This document shows positions 10,058 through 19,887 of a stretch of 64,000 bases of DNA, piece after piece. A model generated the notes under the pieces. The model worked only from the letters and a program-made list of their open reading frames with translations, searched no databases and was not told the DNA's origin. The position numbers were made by a program, and so were the translations under genes. Source of the stretch: Candidatus Heimdallarchaeota archaeon (GTDB lineage Archaea > Asgardarchaeota > Heimdallarchaeia > Heimdallarchaeales > Heimdallarchaeaceae); the NCBI GenBank assembly GCA_019057815.1, contig JAHLWR010000011.1, positions 1-64,000 on the forward strand, in the 5' to 3' direction. Each line of letters opens with the position of its first letter. Position 1 is the stretch's first letter.

Positions 10058-10911
10058 ACTACGAAAATCAAGTGAAGAAAATAGAGAATCAGCTAGGAGG
10101 ACCATGTGCATATGCGTCTGTAGCTTTATCCGCTTTATCAGTTGAGACGCAATGTCTCACATCTGTAGGAAAAAAATTTCCTCAAAATTACTTTGAATTA
10201 CTCTTCGAATCTAAAAATGTAGTTTTTCATTTCTTATCATCAGAAGAGACAACTCGATTTATTCACGAGATTTATCCATTGGAAAGAAAGATGAAATTAA
10301 TTTCTGAAGCAGATAAATTAGATGAGTTTGTTACATTTTTCAAGCCTACAGAAGCTTGTTTAATCTCTCCTGTCTTTCGTGAAATTTCACTTGAGGGAAT
10401 ACAATGGATAAGAAAAAACTATCGTCTTGTAGCTTTAGATATACAGGGTTTGATGAGATCTACTCAATCCGATGGTAGTATAACCATAGATTATGATAAA
10501 AAAATTCTGAAAGGAATAATTGAATTAGCTGATTTCACTAAATATTCTAAAAGAGAGGCTAGCCATTTCACAGGTAAGGATTCGTTTGTTGAAATCATGA
10601 ATGATTTACCACAGAACAATATTCAGATTGTAACAGATGGAATGGAAGGCCTATACTATTCCAATAATGGGGAATTCTTTCAATTAAGAACAACTAAGGT
10701 AGAAGAAGTAGACCCTACTGGAGCAGGTGATGTTTTAATGACAGGTTTCTTAACACGATTCATTGAAACAAGAGATTTTGAATTCTCATTATCGTATGGT
10801 ATGGCCCTAGCTGCAGAAAAAGTAACTTATAGTGGGATTAAACCACTACCAGATAAGGACTATGATGAAATTGCCAAAAACATACTGGAAACAAAAGTTG
10901 AGATTAAGTAA
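10003..10911 (+). CDS. PfkB-family carbohydrate kinase
   Basis: GH..LD, LGGP, VTDG..G, VDPTGAGD. Confidence 0.9.
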   Translation: MNNKLTIVGHTVLDDKFFYYENQVKKIENQLGGPCAYASVALSALSVETQCLTSVGKKFPQNYFELLFESKNVVFHFLSSEETTRFIHEIYPLERKMKLISEADKLDEFVTFFKPTEACLISPVFREISLEGIQWIRKNYRLVALDIQGLMRSTQSDGSITIDYDKKILKGIIELADFTKYSKREASHFTGKDSFVEIMNDLPQNNIQIVTDGMEGLYYSNNGEFFQLRTTKVEEVDPTGAGDVLMTGFLTRFIETRDFEFSLSYGMALAAEKVTYSGIKPLPDKDYDEIAKNILETKVEIK

Positions 10912-11530
10912 ATTCTAGTAATTTTCTATTTTTTAAACAGTCTGTAAGAATTAATTCATAGTCAAGTTTTTCTTCTTCTATGAGAACACTTTCTATTCTT
11001 GCATTTGTTATTGGGTGCTTTGGACCTAATATATCACAAATTTCAGGTAGTGTCGATATTTCATAAGTTCCTATTTCTTTAGAAACATTGATGATTTCAT
11101 TTTTATCAAAAGTAATCAAAGGTTTTAAAACCCTGAATTCTGTTGCTTCTTCAATAGCTGATATGTTTGCTAAGGTTTGACTCGATACTTGCCCAAGGCT
11201 CTCTCCTGTGGCAATGAATTGAATATTTTCGATTTTCGCTATACTCCCAGCAAGTTTTAACATTAAACGCTTCATTAAGATAAAGAAATAGGAATGTTTT
11301 GCTGTATCAACCATCTTTTGAAGAGCATCAGCAATATCTATAACATACATTTTCTCCCATGCTAACATTTTTGATAGTTCAACACATTTGTTTATTGATT
11401 CTTCTCCCGCAAAATCCGTGCTGGACAAATGTAACGGAATGATAGAATAACCTTTCTTCTGAAGTAAATATCCAGCAACAGCGCTATCGAACCCACCACT
11501 TAGGAGTAGAATCACACAGGGATTTTTCAT
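10904..11530 (-). CDS. ThiI-like PP-loop sulfurtransferase, catalytic domain only (no THUMP)
   Basis: LLSGGFDS, ATGESLGQVSSQTLAN, PLITFDKNEII..SKEIGTY. Confidence 0.85.
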   Translation of the reverse strand: MKNPCVILLLSGGFDSAVAGYLLQKKGYSIIPLHLSSTDFAGEESINKCVELSKMLAWEKMYVIDIADALQKMVDTAKHSYFFILMKRLMLKLAGSIAKIENIQFIATGESLGQVSSQTLANISAIEEATEFRVLKPLITFDKNEIINVSKEIGTYEISTLPEICDILGPKHPITNARIESVLIEEEKLDYELILTDCLKNRKLLEFT

Positions 11531-11609
11531 TACTCCACCTTTTATTCAAGTGTTATTAAGCTTTGTTTTTGAAAAAAATTCATTAACACTATCGTATAAT
11601 ACAGTTGTG

Positions 11610-12065
11610 ATGAAGATTATTGAGTTTAAAATTGATATGTATGAAGAAGTTTACATACTCTGGAAAAAAACTGAACTAAGTTTAGTATCCTCAGATACAA
11701 AAGAAGAAGTTGAAAGAATCGTTAAACTTCATCCAGAGCTGTTTTTAGTAGGGATAAAAGGACAAAAAATCTTAGCGGTCGTTATTGGTGCTTTTGATGG
11801 ACGAAGAGGATATGTTCATCACTTATCTGTTGACCCAAACTATCAAAAACAAGGTCTTGGCAAAATAATGATGGAAGAACTTCACTCAAGATTCAAGAAA
11901 ATGAAAGTTCATAAAGTTCATCTTTTTGTGGAAGCAGAAAATATGGGTGTTATTGATTTTTATAAAAAAATTGGATGGCTTATTCGATCTGATTTAGTTA
12001 TGATGAGCTATGTCCCAGATACTAAACTCTATAAAGTAAAGAAATTCAAAAAACTAGAAAAGTGA
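11610..12065 (+). CDS. GNAT acetyltransferase (YpeA-like)
   Basis: FDGRRGYVHHLSVDPNYQKQGLG, N..VIDFYKKIG; ATG 11610 is a likelier start than 11550. Confidence 0.9.
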   Translation: MKIIEFKIDMYEEVYILWKKTELSLVSSDTKEEVERIVKLHPELFLVGIKGQKILAVVIGAFDGRRGYVHHLSVDPNYQKQGLGKIMMEELHSRFKKMKVHKVHLFVEAENMGVIDFYKKIGWLIRSDLVMMSYVPDTKLYKVKKFKKLEK

Positions 12066-12103
12066 TCAAATACTGACTTTCTAAATTTAGTTAATGTTAG
12101 ATA

Positions 12104-12874
12104 TCAGACAGGAGCTATCTCAATGTTCAATAAATCTAACAAATCACCCATTTCTTTAACTTCGTCGATAGTGATAATCCTTAATGCACTTCTAAATCTA
12201 CTTGAATTGAATTCAGAGGCAATTTTATAAATCTCTCTTCTTCTCCAAATATCCAGTGATGGGTTATAGAACAGGATATTCATTTTATTCTTTATAAAAT
12301 CACATATAAAATATATATCTGCATATTCTATTTTCTTTCCAATAAGTTCTTTCATAGTTCCATCAGGATTTACAGTGAAAATTCTTGGGATATTACCTTG
12401 TAACATATCAACCATTTTAGTTAAAACCTTCTTGATTGAAACCGCGTTAATTTTATCTTCTTTGTTTAACCCTCTAGCTACCATCGCGAAATAGGGTTCT
12501 ATCAAACCATAACTGTCTAAAACTTCTCTTACTGCAGAACCTTCAAATATTAGATATGCAACACACAGTCTATATCCAGCTTCTTGGATTCTTTCATCTG
12601 TTGAACTTGTTATTTCTGTTTCAAAAGGTATAGCTATAGCTTTTAAATTCTCCATCTCAGGTACAGGAATTGGACCTAACATTTTAGGGTTTTTAGAACC
12701 ATCAACACGACCTTTTGCATCTTGGTTCATCTCTACCAAAGTCATTCCACTCATGACTAATGTTAGAGCTTTAGCTTCATCTATTGTCGAATTATTAAAT
12801 AATATTTCTGGACCGTAATCCTTGAACATGCTGAAAATCATTTTCGGTTCTTTTGAAATATTGGGATTTATCAT
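12104..12874 (-). CDS. uDENN/longin-like + gelsolin-like domain protein
   Basis: N-terminal FSMFKDYGPEILF; C-terminal IFTVNPDG...IYFICD..KNKMNIL...RRR...ASEF...IITIDE resembles Asgard gelsolin-type domains. Confidence 0.5.
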   Translation of the reverse strand: MINPNISKEPKMIFSMFKDYGPEILFNNSTIDEAKALTLVMSGMTLVEMNQDAKGRVDGSKNPKMLGPIPVPEMENLKAIAIPFETEITSSTDERIQEAGYRLCVAYLIFEGSAVREVLDSYGLIEPYFAMVARGLNKEDKINAVSIKKVLTKMVDMLQGNIPRIFTVNPDGTMKELIGKKIEYADIYFICDFIKNKMNILFYNPSLDIWRRREIYKIASEFNSSRFRSALRIITIDEVKEMGDLLDLLNIEIAPV

Positions 12875-12877
12875 TTT

Positions 12878-13885
12878 CTATTTCTCCTCATAACTTTCAC
12901 TATCAGTAATTGGTTGTTGATCCAATAATAAAGCTATTTCTGGTATTTTACTTAATATCTGGAATTTCAATTGTTTTGGCATCTCTTTAGTTGGATCTCT
13001 TTTCTTTTCTTCAATAAAAGCTTCTAATATTTCTTCTGCAAGAGATTGGGCTTTAGATTCACTATCATTTCTCTCTACAAAGAGAACTACACTATAACCG
13101 GATAATTTTCTAATTATAAGTTTAAATGCACCTAGTTTTATTACATCCATAACAGAAGAAGATTCGAAGATTGTTGAAGCCATGATATTTAGTGCACTGA
13201 TTAAACCACCTAATAATGTACTATCATGTTCTTCAATAGAAGTATCAAATGTATAATCAAAAACAGGAACACCGCCTTCTTGTAGAACAATTACTCGTTT
13301 TGGAGTAACTTCTTCCCTTAAGGGAGTTCGACCAGTTATCCTTGAAATCATCCAGTCAAAAGCTGTATAGAAGTTTTCTCCTGTTAAAACACTAACTGGA
13401 TATATGGAAACAGAGCGGTTTATATCCTCCATTATGACCTGAAACGCGGGATCCTGTAATAAATCAGGAAATGATACTGCGTCAGGCAAGTCAATTTTAT
13501 TCGCTAGAAACAAGATTGGCGTTGATTGAGGAATTTTATCCAACAGACTAAAAATATATTCAAAAGATAATTCGATATGACGTTGAGATTGTATATCCAA
13601 AACGAAAACTACACCATCTATTTCTCTTAAAATATCTTGAAAATAGGGACTCTCACGAGTTGTTTCTTCATCAGCTTCTAACACCGAAATAATAGATTTC
13701 CCGTAAGCAACATTGAGATAACAGGTTAATTGGGGAGGATTATCCTCATCTACAGTTCCATAGATTAAACGATTAACAACAGTTGACTTCCCTGTTTTCT
13801 CTAACCCTAATATAGCTACTTGAGCAATTCTATCCTCTTTAGACTTAATCAACTTATCTCGGATAAATGAAAGATAACTGCTCAA
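12878..13885 (-). CDS. Arf-like small GTPase (degenerate G2/G3) with C-terminal longin-like domain
   Basis: GLEKTGKST, NKID, SVLTG; DxxG replaced by EADE; C-terminal GVPVFDY...LLGGLISAL. Confidence 0.8.
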   Translation of the reverse strand: MSSYLSFIRDKLIKSKEDRIAQVAILGLEKTGKSTVVNRLIYGTVDEDNPPQLTCYLNVAYGKSIISVLEADEETTRESPYFQDILREIDGVVFVLDIQSQRHIELSFEYIFSLLDKIPQSTPILFLANKIDLPDAVSFPDLLQDPAFQVIMEDINRSVSIYPVSVLTGENFYTAFDWMISRITGRTPLREEVTPKRVIVLQEGGVPVFDYTFDTSIEEHDSTLLGGLISALNIMASTIFESSSVMDVIKLGAFKLIIRKLSGYSVVLFVERNDSESKAQSLAEEILEAFIEEKKRDPTKEMPKQLKFQILSKIPEIALLLDQQPITDSESYEEK

Positions 13886-14898
13886 CCACTGTAACCTCCT
13901 TCTACTTCTAGAGGAAACTTACTAAGAAAAACTTTTTCCAAATCTTGATCTACTTCTAGGGGGTTTCTACTAAGATACTCCAAAATACGTATTTGTATTT
14001 GTTGAGCTCGTGTTACAGGATCTATTGGATCAATCATTACAGAGAGACAATAAGCTCCTCTTTTTACATGACTAACATGTTTTTTGTAGAGGCCTTCAAG
14101 TTTTACTGATTGAATGCTATCTTTTGCTTCTATTGCAAAAAGTTTTGTCAGTTCTTTTAATTTTTTATAGTCATTTGCGATTATCGCTTGCGCGTTAGGA
14201 TTGCCAAAAATTGCTTCAGAAACAATTTTTCCTTCAATATCAGATAAAACAGATGCACCTATATTTACTTTCCATTGGGTAGATCCACAAAGAACATTAA
14301 CCATCCAATCCCAAGCTTCATAGACACCTTGTCCTGTGAGTGCAGAGATTTTCTTCACATTAAATGGACGAAGATTTCTAAGGAATTTATCTAATTCAAA
14401 CTCCATATTTATTTCAGATAGATCTTTAGAATCAGACAGATCACCTTTATTAGCTAAGAATAAAACAGGGCTACTTGGTTTTGCAAAATTTATGTAATGC
14501 CAAAATGTTTGTTTTGATTCTTGAAAACGAGCAATATCAGCAGAATCAACAAGATACATAACACCATCTGCTCTCTCAATGAACTTCTTCCAAAGACTTA
14601 ATCTAAAAGGTTGGTGACCACCTAAATCAAAACAAGTAAAATTCAAATCTCTATACTGGTAGGATTCGATATTTACACCGTAAGTAGGTCTAACAACTAT
14701 GTCATCTTTTTTTAGTAGTTTTTTAACAAGTGACGTTTTGCCTGCTCTCTCTAAACCCAGTAGTGCTATACTAAACTTTGTTCTCCCAACTTCTGGATTA
14801 TAAGATTCATCACGTTTAGGTGATGGCCCTCTACTATCCAGTTTTTCTCTTTTTTTCTTTTCTTGTAGGATTCGCTTTCGAAATTCGTAGAAGGACAT
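13882..14898 (-). CDS. Arf/Sar1-like small GTPase with C-terminal longin/roadblock-like domain
   Basis: GLERAGKT, PTYG, DLGGHQ, NKGD, SALTGQG. Confidence 0.9.
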   Translation of the reverse strand: MSFYEFRKRILQEKKKREKLDSRGPSPKRDESYNPEVGRTKFSIALLGLERAGKTSLVKKLLKKDDIVVRPTYGVNIESYQYRDLNFTCFDLGGHQPFRLSLWKKFIERADGVMYLVDSADIARFQESKQTFWHYINFAKPSSPVLFLANKGDLSDSKDLSEINMEFELDKFLRNLRPFNVKKISALTGQGVYEAWDWMVNVLCGSTQWKVNIGASVLSDIEGKIVSEAIFGNPNAQAIIANDYKKLKELTKLFAIEAKDSIQSVKLEGLYKKHVSHVKRGAYCLSVMIDPIDPVTRAQQIQIRILEYLSRNPLEVDQDLEKVFLSKFPLEVEGGYSG

Positions 14899-15077
14899 TG
14901 ATTCACCTTGTTAGTTTATTGGGTTCATCTCTTTAATTAGGTAATTATGAACTAATACTAGTTATATTAACTGTAAGTATTTTAACGTTTTCGCTAGTCT
15001 CTTCTTCGCAAGAGAGTATTAAAAAATACATAATCAGCGTATATAAAAGTTGAGTTAGTTTATCCAAATAGTGGTTT

Positions 15078-15896
15078 TCAATATTCTCTAACTAAATACA
15101 AAGCAATTGTCAAAATACCTAGAAGAAGGCATATCAAAGCAAAGTTATATTTTTTAGCTACATACAAGAAAAATTCTATTGTTATATAACCTACTATCGC
15201 TGCTACAAGCACAGCGAGTAAAAGCTGCCACCACTCAACAGGTATAATGGAATCACCATCAATCAATGTTTTTAGCAAAGTAAGTAAAAATCCTCCCAAG
15301 ACAGCTGGAATACTCATCAGAAAACTACCTTTTATAGCATCCTTTTTTTCAACAGACATCAAAAGGAGACCACTCATCGTTATTCCAGATCTACTAATCC
15401 CAGGAATAATCGAAAATCCTTGAAGCAACCCACTTGCAACCATCTTTTTCTTACTCATCTCATCTATTTTATTTCCTTCACTAATCTTTTTTCTAGAAAT
15501 ATACAAAAAGACAGCTGTAATTAGCAACGCTATCCCTATCACAAGCATAACATATTCTCCAATTGCGGGAGAATCAATGAAATAATCAACTAAGAAGTAA
15601 CATGGAACACCGATAATGATCGTCCCAATTGTACTTAAAACTAAAAACAATCTCCATTTGATTATCTCTTCATCTTTAATTTTGGGATTAACATAAATCC
15701 ACAATTCTTTACGATATTTCACAATAACTGCAATTAACGTCCCTAGATGTAACCATAATGAAATAGTAAAAGCAACATCTGCTTCTAACTTAAGGAATTC
15801 AGTTAATAAAGAAACAGTTTGACCACTAGAACTAACAGGTAACCATTCCAACATCCCTTGTAATACAGCAAAGGCAAGAATTATCCATAGAAGCAT
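15078..15896 (-). CDS. uppP: Undecaprenyl-diphosphate phosphatase (BacA family)
   Basis: QGMLEWLPVSSSG, HLGT, PGISRSG, SFLMSIPA. Confidence 0.9.
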   Translation of the reverse strand: MLLWIILAFAVLQGMLEWLPVSSSGQTVSLLTEFLKLEADVAFTISLWLHLGTLIAVIVKYRKELWIYVNPKIKDEEIIKWRLFLVLSTIGTIIIGVPCYFLVDYFIDSPAIGEYVMLVIGIALLITAVFLYISRKKISEGNKIDEMSKKKMVASGLLQGFSIIPGISRSGITMSGLLLMSVEKKDAIKGSFLMSIPAVLGGFLLTLLKTLIDGDSIIPVEWWQLLLAVLVAAIVGYITIEFFLYVAKKYNFALICLLLGILTIALYLVREY

Positions 15897-15967
15897 ACAT
15901 CACCACTAATAATGTAGGATATTAAAAATTTGTTAATAAAAGAAAAAAAATCATTCTTTAATTTTAT

Positions 15968-16156
15968 CAAAAACGTCGTCAGAAGTCGTCTTCTTTTAAA
16001 TGTAAGATGAACGACAACATGTCCATCCTTTTTCTTTCGATAACACAAAAAGGTAAAAACTTATTATATATGTAATTGTGTGACTCACCCTTGAAGAATA
16101 GCGGTTATCTAATCGTTCACTCTGAAGCCACTTCCTTTAGGTAAGGGAGTGATCAT
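15968..16156 (+). mobile_element. Non-autonomous IS200/IS605-family derivative (MITE-like)
   Basis: TTTAT at 15963-67; left-end-like cagaagtcgtc...gatgaacgac at 15980-16015; right-end-like gaagccacttcctttaggtaagggagtgatcat ending at 16156, similar to the ends of the tnpB element. Confidence 0.6.
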
Positions 16157-16587
16157 TCTTGCTGAATCCTCCATCTGATATAATGTTCCAATTTTTCCCC
16201 TGATTTTACAATTTCTTCGTCTTCTTCTATTTGTTCTACTATATTTTCTGTTTCGATTTTCAGAATCCATCCTTCACCATAAGGATCTGAGTTGATTAAG
16301 GAAGGATTTGTTGATAGTTTGTCATTTTTCAAGATAATTTTCCCTGCTATTGGAGCTTTAATTTGGCCTATCCACTTACCACTCTCATATGTACCCACAA
16401 TCTGATTTTTCTTAACTCTCTTTCCAATAGGCATTATCCTAACAAATTCTATTTCTCCTGCATTCTTTGATACATATTCATCGACACCGATTTTTAATAT
16501 ATTATCTAAAACTTCTATCCAAATATGACCTGGTTCCCTTAACATATAGTACAAATTATCAGGAAAATAATAATCTTTTATCTTCAT
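16153..16587 (-). CDS. gcvH: Glycine cleavage H-like lipoyl carrier protein
   Basis: HIWI, GV.EY, YESGKW (lipoyl Lys), APIAG, NSDPYGEGW. Confidence 0.85.
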   Translation of the reverse strand: MKIKDYYFPDNLYYMLREPGHIWIEVLDNILKIGVDEYVSKNAGEIEFVRIMPIGKRVKKNQIVGTYESGKWIGQIKAPIAGKIILKNDKLSTNPSLINSDPYGEGWILKIETENIVEQIEEDEEIVKSGEKLEHYIRWRIQQE

Positions 16588-17996
16588 CCAAACACTTCAC
16601 TTGCTAGTTTTAAAGCTATCTTTAATTTCATAAGGGGAAAGATTTTCAGTCGGGGTGATATCACCTTTCCTGGATTACAGATTTTTTTGGGGTCTATGCT
16701 CTTCTTATACGCTTTGTAACTTAATAGTTGTTCATTTCCATAAATATGTTTGTAGTAACCAGAAAACCACAATCCTGTTGTATACGGGTATCCCATAAAT
16801 TTAACTGCCTTTTTCATTATCTTGTAAAACTTCATGAAAAGCATGGCTGTTTTGATACTACTGATTTCGTCTTTTTCTTTAATAAAAAAGAGAAGACTCA
16901 GTTTTTCTGGTGATATCATCGTTCCTTCTATTTGTATTTGATTATTGAAGAAAGCTTCTATCTTTTTGATGTACTTATCACTCTTGTCTATAGGGATAAC
17001 CGCTTCCCCAAACAGAAAGGTTTTTGTGTTTTTCAACAAGGAGAAAGTTCTGAATCTATGCTCCCATATATTCTTTATATATCTGTCATCTAATATTTGC
17101 CCTTTATTTTCTCTTATTGTTTGATTGAAATTAGCATAAAATTCTAATTCTTCTTCTTTGTAGTTTACTTCCTTTGATACGATAACTAAGTATCTTTCTG
17201 GTAATGTGTAATCAGATGTTGAGTTTAGAAGTGCAACTTGTTTTGGATTCATAACCCAAACAGAGAATATATCTAAATTATTCATGGATTTTAGTCCTAC
17301 AACCAATTCTTTGGCAGAATCATATGTACAAGCCTTATAACTTAAAGGTGTGTTAAATTTAACCCTTAACTTCAATTTTGTTATTATTCCTAAGGTTCCT
17401 TGAGAACCAGCAAATAGAGATAATTTGTCTTCATCTGAAAAGTTTTTTATCTCTCCTGTTGGTAGTACCACTTCTATTTCCTTAACTTGGTCTAAAGAAC
17501 CACCATATTTCAAAGCCCCAATACCAGAACCATCTTGTGCAAACCACCCTCCAATAGTACCAGAGTACAAGCTAGAAGGATATGAACAAAGAGAAAAACC
17601 TTGCATATTTAAAGAGCGTTGCAAATCAGAAAAAACATAAGGAGAAGAAACAGTAACAGATAAATCTCCAGGGTCAACAGAAAATTCCTGTTTTAAACCT
17701 TTTAAATCGACCACAACTCCTTTCTTATATGGTAAACATCCTCCAAAGCCTGAAGTTCCACCTATTCTTGGGGTTATAGGTATTTTTTCATCATTAGCAA
17801 TCTGAAAAACTTTAACTATATCATCTATTTCTTTTATTAATACAACACCATCAGGAATGTTGCTTACAACTAGTTTAGTTATTGATGGGAGAGCTACTAT
17901 ATCTCTTGAATATAATAATCGCATTATTATAGAATCTTGAAAATTTTTTCCGAAGGCTCTAGAAAATTTTGATCTAGCTATTGTTTTAAGTGTCAT
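16584..17996 (-). CDS. FAD-linked oxidoreductase (GlcD/D-lactate dehydrogenase-like)
   Basis: PRIGGTSGFGG, TIGGW, GSQGTLGIITK, DPKKICNPGK. Confidence 0.85.
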   Translation of the reverse strand: MTLKTIARSKFSRAFGKNFQDSIIMRLLYSRDIVALPSITKLVVSNIPDGVVLIKEIDDIVKVFQIANDEKIPITPRIGGTSGFGGCLPYKKGVVVDLKGLKQEFSVDPGDLSVTVSSPYVFSDLQRSLNMQGFSLCSYPSSLYSGTIGGWFAQDGSGIGALKYGGSLDQVKEIEVVLPTGEIKNFSDEDKLSLFAGSQGTLGIITKLKLRVKFNTPLSYKACTYDSAKELVVGLKSMNNLDIFSVWVMNPKQVALLNSTSDYTLPERYLVIVSKEVNYKEEELEFYANFNQTIRENKGQILDDRYIKNIWEHRFRTFSLLKNTKTFLFGEAVIPIDKSDKYIKKIEAFFNNQIQIEGTMISPEKLSLLFFIKEKDEISSIKTAMLFMKFYKIMKKAVKFMGYPYTTGLWFSGYYKHIYGNEQLLSYKAYKKSIDPKKICNPGKVISPRLKIFPLMKLKIALKLASEVFG

Positions 17997-19168
17997 TTCT
18001 TCACTTCCATTGACATTTTTACTAGTTCAACTAAATCCAATACTTTAATTCCAAGCTTTTTCTCCTTAACACCTTGTTGAATTGTATCTACACACAATGG
18101 GCAACAACTTACAACTATATCAGCTTCAGTATATTCTATTTCAGAAACTAGTTTGGCGTTAACCTCACTGACTAACTCGGGATTATTTATTTTTAGTAAC
18201 CCTCCTCCCCCACAGCACAGAGCTTCATCCCTATTAGAAGGCAGTTCTTCATATCTTACATTAGGAAATTTCTTTAGTATAGATCGTGGAGCTTCACTTA
18301 AATCACAATGCCTGACTAACTCACAAGGATCTTTGTATGTTATTTTCTCATCAATAGTATTCAAGAGTTTAATTTTCTTCTTATCAATCAGATCATCTAT
18401 TAGCTCAGATGCATGAACTACTTCGATGTCCCAGTCATCACCTAATATTTTAGGATAAACAATTTTGAAAGATCTATAACATCCTGCGCAAGTTGTAACT
18501 ATTTTTTTTACTCCTAGTTTCTTAAGTTCTTCACAATTATGTTTAGCAAAAGATGTTCCTACAGTGTACCCCCCTCCTAAAAAGATTGGAGCACCACAAC
18601 ACCATTCTTCATCACCAAGTACAGTAAAGTTGACTCTAGCTTTTCTTAGGATTTTTACCATACTTTCTGCTATACCTGCCATCTTCCCAGAATAAGAAGC
18701 TTGACAACCTATGAAAAATGCTACTGGAGCTTTTCGTTTTATTCTGCGAGAGAGATTGATTCCACTCATTTCTGCCCAATCTAGACGATCATTGTGAGGT
18801 AAACCAAAAATATTGTGTGTTGCTTTAACTTTATCAAATATTGAAAGCAAGTCACTACTCCATCGTCCTCTTCTAAAAGCTTCTTGTCTAATTTGTTCCC
18901 ATACTTGTAGAAGAGGAAGATCTACAATGCAGATATTTTCACAGGCTTTGCACATCGTACAAGAGAATATCGCATCAAAGAGTGATTTTGAAACATCTTT
19001 TGTATATTTTTCATCAAAATACATTTTTATCTGTTCTAGAATACCTCTAGGATGATTGGATTCCCAATTTAATTCTTTGAAAGTAGGACATACAGAGCAA
19101 TATCCGCAATATACACATTTCTGAGCTATTTCCAAAATGTCAACTTCATGTAAATGTGCAGAATTCAT
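17993..19168 (-). CDS. Fe-S oxidoreductase, GlcF/HdrD-like (2x[4Fe-4S] + CCG domains)
   Basis: CVYCGYCSVCP, CTMCKACENIC, WCCG, YKDPC, LCCGGGG. Confidence 0.9.
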   Translation of the reverse strand: MNSAHLHEVDILEIAQKCVYCGYCSVCPTFKELNWESNHPRGILEQIKMYFDEKYTKDVSKSLFDAIFSCTMCKACENICIVDLPLLQVWEQIRQEAFRRGRWSSDLLSIFDKVKATHNIFGLPHNDRLDWAEMSGINLSRRIKRKAPVAFFIGCQASYSGKMAGIAESMVKILRKARVNFTVLGDEEWCCGAPIFLGGGYTVGTSFAKHNCEELKKLGVKKIVTTCAGCYRSFKIVYPKILGDDWDIEVVHASELIDDLIDKKKIKLLNTIDEKITYKDPCELVRHCDLSEAPRSILKKFPNVRYEELPSNRDEALCCGGGGLLKINNPELVSEVNAKLVSEIEYTEADIVVSCCPLCVDTIQQGVKEKKLGIKVLDLVELVKMSMEVKK

Positions 19169-19240
19169 TACAACAACCTATTACTCTTTTTCATCTCTTT
19201 AATGTTTTGTGGTGAAAATATGAAGAAGGAAAAAATTGTT

Positions 19241-19849
19241 CTAAGGTTTATATCTATTAAATACAAAAAAGTGCAGTTTTTTCTTAATAACTGTTGAAAT
19301 GACAAAATTTTTTCTAACTGTTGTAGCGAGTCTTCCAGCTCTAACAAGCTCAATAGGATTAATTTTACCTTCACTCTCAATAATTTGAACTAGATATGGA
19401 CTATGTTCTAGACCTGGTCCTTTTGTATAAACACTGAAATCTACACCGAATTTCAGACCTGGTCGTACAACATAACCTAGATCTTTCAAATGTTTGTAAA
19501 CCTTCATTTTACTATCAAAGTTCAAGTACTGAGCACGACAACGTTCTAGAAAATGCTCTTTCTTTAGAACCTTTTCGTTTTCATCTAAAACTTTTAATTT
19601 TTTCTTTTCTATTAAATATGAAGCTTCAAAAAATGAAATTTCCGAAGGATCGCGAAATTCATCCTCTGACTTAGGTTTTCTAACACCAAGAGGTTTTCCT
19701 ATAAAGCCATTACTATATAGTTTCTGACCTTTGGAAATATCCCAGACAATTATTCTACTCCCGACAAACTGGGCTGTGAATTTCTCTTTCATTATAATGT
19801 TTTTTCTCTCAAATAATTTAACTTTATCGAATCTTGTTAAGATACACAC
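19241..19849 (-). CDS. endA: tRNA-splicing endonuclease
   Basis: GLKFGVDFSVY (Tyr), GPGLEHSPY (His), RLATTVRK (Lys); start may be ATG about 19792. Confidence 0.9.
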   Translation of the reverse strand: MCILTRFDKVKLFERKNIIMKEKFTAQFVGSRIIVWDISKGQKLYSNGFIGKPLGVRKPKSEDEFRDPSEISFFEASYLIEKKKLKVLDENEKVLKKEHFLERCRAQYLNFDSKMKVYKHLKDLGYVVRPGLKFGVDFSVYTKGPGLEHSPYLVQIIESEGKINPIELVRAGRLATTVRKNFVISTVIKKKLHFFVFNRYKP

Positions 19850-19887
19850 ACATTAAATTAAAATAGTACAAATTCTTAAACAAAATT

